From positions 248,001 to 312,000 of the forward strand of contig JBLDXI010000002.1 in NCBI GenBank assembly GCA_047495785.1: 64,000 nt of DNA. The letters run 5' to 3'. The stretch's first letter is position 1, and the number at the start of each line of letters is the position of its first letter. Of the stretch, positions 43,073-51,065 are shown piece by piece. The position numbers and the translations under genes are program-made. The stretch is from Lepidodermella squamata. Taxonomy: Eukaryota > Animalia > Gastrotricha. Under the pieces are notes generated by a model, which ran no database searches, was not told the DNA's origin, and was given only the letters and a program-made list of their open reading frames with translations.

Positions 43073-44008
43073 ATGAATGGTAAACTTCACCGCAGTTACG
43101 CGCCACTCATTTCAGTGCTGCTCTTGAACGAACAAATCTATGCCGTAATTATCAATGCCGTCATTCCGATTAAGACGCGCATACTTTATCGCCGACAGCC
43201 AGCTGGAGCATATGAAGCCCCGCCGCCGTCGTATGAAGCTACTATGAACGGGATACGGATGAGCATCCGTCAAAGACTTGAGCGCCTTCAATTAGCACTT
43301 GATAATCCACCGCATGGCAATGCCCAATTACTACCAGGTCAATTGCGTCCATTAACTGTAGTTACCCCACCGCCCTACCCTGGGACCGCTGGAGGAAATA
43401 ATTTGGGCAACGTCGTAGGGCCTGCTGAGCAGCAGATTCCAATTATGCCGCATTTTCCAAGGCTTGGTGATCGACAGAGTGCGCCTCCGTTACCAACTGA
43501 GCCGCCGCCCTCTTATGAAAGCCTGTCAAAACCTCGATTCACTGATCGCGTGAAGAAATTCTGGGCAGAACATAAAGGCAAGATAAAAGTTGTGGCAATA
43601 GCCTTCGTGGTGTTGCTGAGTTCTATTGGACTTGGAATTTTGTTTGGTCACCTATTCAAGGACAAAAGCGAACCTACGCCGATAACTCCAGTGGTTCCCT
43701 CTAATAAGATCCAGAGTAAGGGCGAGGATGATAGGAAATTGAGAACGAAGTACCTATTGGGCCAAGATGAGCTGCTTGGCAGATCGAGCTTTGGCGCGGC
43801 GGAATTTTACGGAAAAATGACTGGATTGATAACGGGCAGTCCCCTTATTAGCTCTGGGGTTCTTGAAAATTTCGATTATCTTCGAGTCAAGGATACATGG
43901 CTATGTTTGAATGAATCAGTCGTGCAAATTGATATTCTGTTGAGATTGGATGGTGGGTTATTTTCAGATGACTACAGCACTCAAGATGACGCGATAAATG
44001 ATATTTGA
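43073..44008 (+). CDS. Novel family member 11, with three PPxY motifs
   Basis: LLLNEQIYA, LYRR|QP, PPPSY/PPPY/PPPSY, FWAEHKGK+TM, FYGKMTGLITGSP...NFDYLRVKDTW. Confidence 0.88.
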   Translation: MNGKLHRSYAPLISVLLLNEQIYAVIINAVIPIKTRILYRRQPAGAYEAPPPSYEATMNGIRMSIRQRLERLQLALDNPPHGNAQLLPGQLRPLTVVTPPPYPGTAGGNNLGNVVGPAEQQIPIMPHFPRLGDRQSAPPLPTEPPPSYESLSKPRFTDRVKKFWAEHKGKIKVVAIAFVVLLSSIGLGILFGHLFKDKSEPTPITPVVPSNKIQSKGEDDRKLRTKYLLGQDELLGRSSFGAAEFYGKMTGLITGSPLISSGVLENFDYLRVKDTWLCLNESVVQIDILLRLDGGLFSDDYSTQDDAINDI

Positions 44009-44246
44009 CAGATTATTGAACCTTGGTGTAAAATGTATGATGTGCAGAATTTTTTTTATTTATCTTGGCGTTTAGAAGCGTTCTAAATTCTTTATGTTCG
44101 AGTCTCTCGGTAACTTCAGGTAAGAAATTGCGAAATCGCAAAACTTGATTAAAGGAGATTCAGAAGAAGCTATTCCGATGTATTCCTAGTTATACAACTT
44201 TTTTCGATGCTTTCATCATTTCGATGCTTACCCTAAAACTCTGTAA

Positions 44247-44520
44247 ATGAAAAACTGATTCAAGCGATACCTATGTCAAACTCTTTCGCTGCTGCTGCTC
44301 AACGATCAGATCTATGCGTCCAGCGTAAAAGCTTTCCATTTTTTCAAAAGCTCCGATATCGGCGACAGCCGAACAATAACATTAAAAGTTGATCATACGA
44401 TGGATAGTCTTCGGTCAAGCATACGACGCGGTGTTGCGGCTCACCGACCCGTTGTAGCACCTTATCAACCAACAAATACACAGCATCGATGGCCGGGTGC
44501 CCAACCGAATCAGCTGTACT
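44247..44520 (+). pseudogene. Relic 5' end of a family gene (similar to member 11)
   Basis: Fragments SLLLLNDQIYA, RYRRQP and TMDSLRSSIRR with frameshifts. Confidence 0.7.
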
Positions 44521-44760
44521 GAGGGACGATTTCTGGAGGTTGGAAAATTGATTGCAAGATGGTGACTATGGCTTGACTATGAAAAAATGACGTAATAAAG
44601 ATGAAATATCTCGTATACTCTGAAGATTATCTAGATTTTCAGCTTGCGTCTTACTTCAACGTCATCCTAAGTATTTCAACAAAAAAGCTTCCTCCTTTGG
44701 TCAAGTATTTGAAATGTTTCCAACTTAAATAACTGGGCTCCATGTCATAACTAATATTTG

Positions 44761-44775
44761 AAAAATCCTTCTTAA
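44761..44775 (+). promoter_or_regulatory. Family upstream motif (AAAAATCCTTCTTAA)
   Basis: 45 nt upstream of ATG 44821. Confidence 0.6.
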
Positions 44776-44820
44776 AGCATTTCGGATAACTGTATAGGCG
44801 AGTCACTTGTAGAAGCAACT

Positions 44821-45825
44821 ATGAATTGCCGCCAACTCTTCCCGGATGATTCCTGTCCCCTTATAATACTTGCTCTTCTAAATTTACTGATCCATGGATA
44901 TGCGGAAGATTCTTATTCACGAAAGCATGTCGGATCAAATGGCAAACTACTCCGTCGGCCGCGGGGTTTATCTTCGGCCGCCTTTTCAGCCGGGTCCTCC
45001 GGACTGTACTTCACACTCAAATTATACGACTGGTATCACAACAGAAATAGGGCTCCACCAGCGTTAGAGTCTTCTCCTTCCAACTCAGTTCGTATCCCCG
45101 CAAATTATGCTGACCGAAATCTTTATGACCCACTGGTTAATCCCTTTTACGGCCCGCAACTCTCGCCCGCCCCGGATAATAAGCAGTATGACTGGGCCGC
45201 GTTAAGAGCAACGATGCATGAATCTGATTTAGATCCGTTGTATTACGCTGTTGAGAGGACTGACGATATCAAGCCGATAATTCCAGAGAAAATCGTGGAA
45301 TACCCAACCCCGGCAAGTCCTCCAATGGCCCAACCGATTCCAGAGAGCAAACCGACTTCATTCAACGTCCCCGTGGTTGATAAGCCGCCGAAATCGTTTT
45401 GGTCGCGTCATGGGGAAAAAATACTATTGGCAGGTGCTGTTTTCGTATCCCTTCTAGTATTCTCGGCCATAGGATACGGCCTCAGTAAAGCAATTAAAAC
45501 TCTAAAGCAGGATAAAGAAGCCAGGCAAATCATGGATGAAGAAATGAAAAAACTCGATAGAAACACGAGAGCCGCTTTGCTGACTGGTAGCAATGGCGTG
45601 GAGGGGCGCTCTTCTGATCAGGATTTCGACTACATTTACGGCCGCGTGACAGTCATTTTACAAGCAAGTCGACCTGTTGAATCGCTGATTGCTGAAAACA
45701 TTGAAATTGTATGGCGCCCGCAACCATGGCCATCGCCGGATGCTGCAACAGTACAGGGTGATACATTTCATCAAATTGTGAAAGGAGTGAGTCTAGAAGA
45801 CTATGCTGTATCAAATTTTGAATGA
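44821..45825 (+). CDS. Novel family member 12
   Basis: Signal peptide, RRPR|G, NPFY, FWSRHGEK+TM, DRNTRAALL...EGR...IYGRVTVILQASRP...WPSP. Confidence 0.88.
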   Translation: MNCRQLFPDDSCPLIILALLNLLIHGYAEDSYSRKHVGSNGKLLRRPRGLSSAAFSAGSSGLYFTLKLYDWYHNRNRAPPALESSPSNSVRIPANYADRNLYDPLVNPFYGPQLSPAPDNKQYDWAALRATMHESDLDPLYYAVERTDDIKPIIPEKIVEYPTPASPPMAQPIPESKPTSFNVPVVDKPPKSFWSRHGEKILLAGAVFVSLLVFSAIGYGLSKAIKTLKQDKEARQIMDEEMKKLDRNTRAALLTGSNGVEGRSSDQDFDYIYGRVTVILQASRPVESLIAENIEIVWRPQPWPSPDAATVQGDTFHQIVKGVSLEDYAVSNFE

Positions 45826-46009
45826 GAAACGCAATTGTGAATGCGCGATGAATAAAAACAATGAATTGGTTATAGGCGCGTTATATGAATAGGCGTTACA
45901 CGCAGGTGAGGTCACGCGCTATTGATGCGCGGTGTCTCATTCAGAAAGTGCGCCTCAATAATGCCACACGCCTACTGTTCACAATGCGCACATGCATTGT
46001 TTGAAAATT

Positions 46010-46408
46010 ATGTCTTGGCTTGTTCGCTTAGCGAGGAAAAATTTCAGAAATTTTGTTCTCGGTGCGCTACTATCTGTAGCGTTGTCAACTATTGTTTTGG
46101 TCACGATTTATATTCCTCCGTACCGCGGTAATCCGATCACATATGAAGAGCACAGACAACAAATGGCGGAAGCGCGGAGGCAGTTTAAGTTCATCGGCTG
46201 CGGGACGCTCGATCGATCGAGTGCTAATATTACGAAAACAAGACCGCTGGACACGGTTTGGGGCAGTTGGCTGTTTGAAAATTACAACCTCAAAAGAATG
46301 GTTCATTTTGTTGCGACTGAAAGCCCCATCACATTCACATTCAAGGTAATTTCATTAACACAAAACTTCATCTTTAAATTAGGATAATTATATTTCCTAA
46401 ATTTATTA

Positions 46409-46444
<36 letters not shown>

Positions 46445-48129
46445 AGAATTATTTGCCTACAAAAATTAACTCATCGATTAAAATAACTGTAATTCATAAA
46501 TACAACTAATTTTACAGAATTTCCTGAGCGTGCTAAGTGCGCAGCGGTTTCTCGAGCCAGATCAAATAATCATACACCTGAAATCCGAACCGGAGCCGGA
46601 TTTGAGCAGCTATCACCATTGGTGGCAAGAAGCGCAAGAGACCATACCTTTTCTAGTCGTTAATTACTACACCGGATTGTCGCTCTCTCAATTGCTGGTG
46701 AATATTCAGAATGGCGGCGGAGGTATTATCGTCCCGCTTTCTGGCATTATTTTCACTGGCGGAGAACCTGTCGTCTCGCGAATGGTCGACTTGGGTTCAG
46801 TCAATAATCTTTTTTCAAGAAAAGATTCAGTTTTTCTAACCCACCCGGGTACATTACCGGGCGCGCTCGAAATTTTGAACCCTCTAAGTTATACATCAAT
46901 CAAAAAGTAATTGAACTTCTCTTGAAGTTTTCCTATGCTTCATCTGTTACTCCTTTGATAGGGTCGCATGCGAAGATTATAAATCTGTTGGTGCGAAAAT
47001 GGGATTCTGTTTCTTTTTCAACCCCGAAAAGGAGCTGTATCCACGGGATTTCATGACCGCTGATGACCAAATTTCTGGGCTGGCACGGTACTTGTTCTAC
47101 GGGAATCGACTGCAAATCGCTGCTCAACCAAGCCCTGGAAAAATACCTCTCATCTGCCACTACATATGGATCAACGGTACACCGCTAGAGTTCGAAGCTT
47201 TTCTTAGCATGCTCAGCTGCTTGTACATTGCTGGGTAAGTCCGTCCTACATTTGCCAGTTTTGCCAGTACATTCGATTTGCCAGTTTTTTACTCGTCATA
47301 TTTTCAGGGCTGATGTTTACGTGCATGGAAGTTTACCGCCCTCTGGCAAGCGATGGGTGAAACTCAATGAATTGGCCGGTTCCAGGGTTCGATACATTGA
47401 AACTCAACTTCCGACCTCTGTCTTCGGAAATCCCGTGACAGAACGAGCCCACATCAGCGATGTCTGGCGAGTTGAGGCCTTATTGCGATACGGTGGGATC
47501 TACCTGGACTGGGACGCGTTTGTCGTGAAACCCTTAGACGACCGAATTAGAAGCTATGATGCAGTACTAGCCTTTGATGTAATGTCTTACCCAGACTACC
47601 CTAATATCATCAGCAATGGCGTCATGATTGCAAAACCAAACTCCTTCTACTTCAGACAAGTTCAGGTAAGTACAGAGCTTTGACCGAATCGTAAAATTAT
47701 GTCGAATTTTGTTAACAGAAATCTATGAGATATTTCAGAGCTGAGCAGACTGAGTTTACGGGTAAAGGCCTGCCTTACTTCTACAACTCTCTTTTCGTGA
47801 CCTACAAAGTGTACGAATGCTATCCCGACCATGTGCTAATCGACCCTCATCTCCAAGCAATCTGCAATAAAGGTCGTTGCCATCCAACGTGGAAAGACAA
47901 CTATCTAGTCGATGAGATCGATACGCCAGTCGATTGGATGGGTGGCGAAGCGCATTTCTTGCACAACACCTATCCTACCCCAAATGAATTCTATAGCGAG
48001 AGTTACTTGGCAAACGCGAAGAATCACAGCTCACCATATTACAAAATCGCAATGAAAATCCTGAAGAGTGCTAATTTAACACTTGCTGAGCTCAATTACT
48101 CACATTCAGGTCTTAGCATTGACCAATAA
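46010..48129 (+). CDS. GT32 alpha-1,4-glycosyltransferase-like, copy 2; 5 exons
   Basis: Identical HISDVWRVEALLRYGGIYLDWD. Three introns are shared with copy 1, plus an extra intron at 46907-46961. Start is 46010 or 45992. Confidence 0.9.
46414..46442. repeat. (ATT)n microsatellite in intron 1 of GT32 copy 2
   Basis: About nine ATT units. Confidence 0.9.
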
Positions 48130-48137
48130 AAAAATGT

Positions 48138-48152
48138 AAAAGTCCACCTTGA
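48138..48152 (+). promoter_or_regulatory. Family upstream motif (AAAAGTCCACCTTGA)
   Basis: 46 nt upstream of ATG 48199 and only 8 nt after the GT32 stop codon. Confidence 0.65.
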
Positions 48153-48198
48153 ATTTTAAACCCGTGGGATATTTTTCCGAAGTGAAATCGTGGCTACG

Positions 48199-49439
48199 AT
48201 GACAGCTGCGAAAAGCTTTGGTGTCATACTCTCTTATGCTTTGCTGATAGATCAAATTTTCTGTTGGGCTATTCGCGGCTATCATCCGCGCAGAAAAAGA
48301 CAGCCAGACTTCCTTGATAGCGATAGTTCGAGTTCAGATGAATCCGGCTATTCGACAGATAGCGATAACGTATTTTTCAATGCACGAGTTCGTGGCGTAT
48401 ATGAAGGCATAGAATTCCCTCTTATGGATGCGCCGAGAGAAGGTGCTGAGCGATTCCTCAAGGAGCCACGATTGTCAAAAAAGTATCCTGGAATTGGTGC
48501 ACCAATGCCAGTCGTAAAACCGCCATTCATATTCAATGCTCCGCCTCCTGGGAGACGGCAGCGGCAGCGTGGTCCTATTAGGCTGCCAGGTGCGCCAGAT
48601 TTTGACCCGCCACCTATTCCCAATAATAGACCTATCAGGCTACCAGGGGCTCCTGACTACGACCCGCCGCCAATTCCTAATGTCCCACCGTGGAGACCCG
48701 ATAATTCCCTCAACTAGCGATCGACGCCGTTAGTCAGGCGGAAATCAACCCACAGGAAAGAAATTTAGCTGATCAACTTTTCGGAGCAAATGCCCAAGCC
48801 CAACCTGAGAGGGGCCAACCTGTAAGGCAACCTCAGGGCGAATTTGAAATGAAGCCAATCCCAGGACCACCATCATTGGAAGATCAATTTGCACCAAGAG
48901 CTACTGCCAATCAGGTTTTCGGAGCGAATTCGCAAGCGAATCCTGATGAGAGGGGCGTGGTGAGAAAGCCAGATAACTCAGTTCAAATCGAATTGGAACC
49001 TTTACCACGCCCGAATGAAGTTAGAAAGCCGGATGAAGTTCGCCCTGCAGTTCCTATTCGGAATGGTGTCCGGCAAAGGATGAGGTACTGGAGGCCGTTC
49101 GTAGCCGCAGCAGTTGTGGGGGTTCTTGTAATCGCGACTGTTATTGGTCTGGCAATTTATTTATCGTCTAACAGTGATAAGAACGATTTCAAAGATCGGA
49201 ATCTGAGAGCTGAATTCCTGTCAGAAAAAATGGGAAATAGGATCGAGGGCCGAAACACCGCGGAGGACGTTAATAGCCGGATAGCAAAAGTGTTTGAAAC
49301 CAGCAAACCTGTTGTGGCGATGTGGCGGGGAAATATGGATGTTTTATTCGCAGTTTCGAGTCTGCCCAATCCAACAAAAGAATTAGCAGCTGGAGATACT
49401 TTCAATGCGCTAGACAATTTTAGTGATTACGATCTTTGA
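48199..49439 (+). pseudogene. Novel family member 13, split by a single-base frameshift at ~48705 (pseudogene, soluble variant or assembly error)
   Basis: The 5' ORF (YALLIDQIFC, RRKR|QP) ends at 48717. The -1 frame is open from 48705 (FPQLAIDAVSQ...) through the TM and KDRNLRAEFL...EGR to 49439. Confidence 0.75.
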
Positions 49440-49590
49440 AGGTGTGTGAGGCAATGAAAAAGCAAACAGCAATAAAAGATATAGGGTACTGTATTTCAAT
49501 GAGATAGACATAAATTAATGGAAATCCATATACGATACAACAGTCCTTCCTTTTATTTACACAGGTGTCTACGGCAAGCAAGAAATCTCA

Positions 49591-49606
49591 AAAAATACCA
49601 CCTTAA
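49591..49606 (+). promoter_or_regulatory. Family upstream motif (AAAAATACCACCTTAA)
   Basis: 44 nt upstream of ATG 49651. Confidence 0.6.
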
Positions 49607-49650
49607 TCAAAATTGAATTGACCTTGTCGACTGTGGGGCATCGATTCGAA

Positions 49651-50748
49651 ATGGTAACAATGAGCTGTCGCTTTTCAGCTTGGCATTGTCTAATACTATC
49701 ATTCTCACTCCTTTTTTACGAACTTGATGGATCTACCCTTTTGTTGCAGCAATCCCCGGGATCTCGCGACGCTCAGCGATTCCCACGATCTACCTCTCAA
49801 AAGGAAGCACAGGGACACGGAAATCAAAGGCGTATGGACCCCCTCGATCAAATTATTGAAGAAATATCAGCCTATTCAGACTTGTCTGACGGAACACTAG
49901 AACGCCTAATCCACATTTTCCCTTCGGCAGATGAAAATGTAGAGTATGTCCCGTCTTCAGTCGTATCTCGAGGATATGCAAAGGGTAAGCGTAAATTGAG
50001 CGATCCGTCCCAGGATATCCAAATCAAGACTGAGGCTCAGAGGAATACAGCAAAGCTACCTGTTGCACCACCGCCCTTGCCAACTGTCGAAATCGATGAA
50101 TTCGGTCTGCCATCTCTTGCAAGTAAAGATGCAGTCGAAAATTACGTTCGCGCCACGAGAGTTGAATACGACTTGAGCGATCTGCGCAAAGCCTTGCTGG
50201 ACGATGATTACGCAGCGAAACTCATGGTTACCCCGCCCGCTCTTCAGGAAAAATTGTCATTCCAGGTAGATGAATATGGGCTTCCAATGCTTCCACAAGC
50301 TGAAACTGAGCCTAAATCTGTTGGTTCAAAGGTGAAGCTATGGTGGGCAGTAAATCGCAACAAAGTGATTGTGTATGTTCTCGCTTTTGTAGGACTAATT
50401 GCTATTGGTGTTGCGATAGGTCTTGCCATAAATTACTTTGATCCTAAAGAAAACCCCAAATACTCCGGTCAAAGGAGCGATCGTGATTACAGGATGAAGT
50501 CTCTCGGGCAGTCCAGTTCAGCCGAAGGTCGGACAACTGCTTTGAATCAGGAGTTAACAAGCTTGCTAGCAGCTCGTATTGCCGCTAGTGAGCCTATCAA
50601 AGCGATATGGCGTGACTATGTCGGAAATATGCCGTCAAGCAGCGCGTTACCAGTCCCAATCAAAGAAGTCGTTAATGCAGATTTATTTCACACCATAGAA
50701 GATACAACAGCAGCGATAGAATATTATATCATTAGTAATGGAATTTAG
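49651..50748 (+). CDS. Novel family member 14 (divergent)
   Basis: Signal peptide, RFPR|S, DEFGLP/DEYGLP, WWAVNRNK+TM, DRDYRMKSL...EGR...ASEPI...LPVP...D.F. Confidence 0.82.
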   Translation: MVTMSCRFSAWHCLILSFSLLFYELDGSTLLLQQSPGSRDAQRFPRSTSQKEAQGHGNQRRMDPLDQIIEEISAYSDLSDGTLERLIHIFPSADENVEYVPSSVVSRGYAKGKRKLSDPSQDIQIKTEAQRNTAKLPVAPPPLPTVEIDEFGLPSLASKDAVENYVRATRVEYDLSDLRKALLDDDYAAKLMVTPPALQEKLSFQVDEYGLPMLPQAETEPKSVGSKVKLWWAVNRNKVIVYVLAFVGLIAIGVAIGLAINYFDPKENPKYSGQRSDRDYRMKSLGQSSSAEGRTTALNQELTSLLAARIAASEPIKAIWRDYVGNMPSSSALPVPIKEVVNADLFHTIEDTTAAIEYYIISNGI

Positions 50749-51065
50749 AAATTTAATGAATTATGGATTAAAAATTATGTTATTTTCCACTCAGAAACAA
50801 GTTATGATTAGAAAAAGAAAAGGTATACTACTAATAAAGCGGATTAGAGCCTAGTCAATTAATGCAACCTAAGTTTAGATGCATCGTTTTCACAGCAAAT
50901 CCTTAGAAAATAAATTTCACTAGTCACACAATAATGTCCTTGAATAATGCTTAAAAAGTTTCACAGCAAACATTCTTTTCGGGTAATAGAATATTTTTGA
51001 TCACATTTTTTCTGTAGCAAGCTAAAGCCGCATAGAAATCGATAGATGAGAGAAAAGGTTTATTT

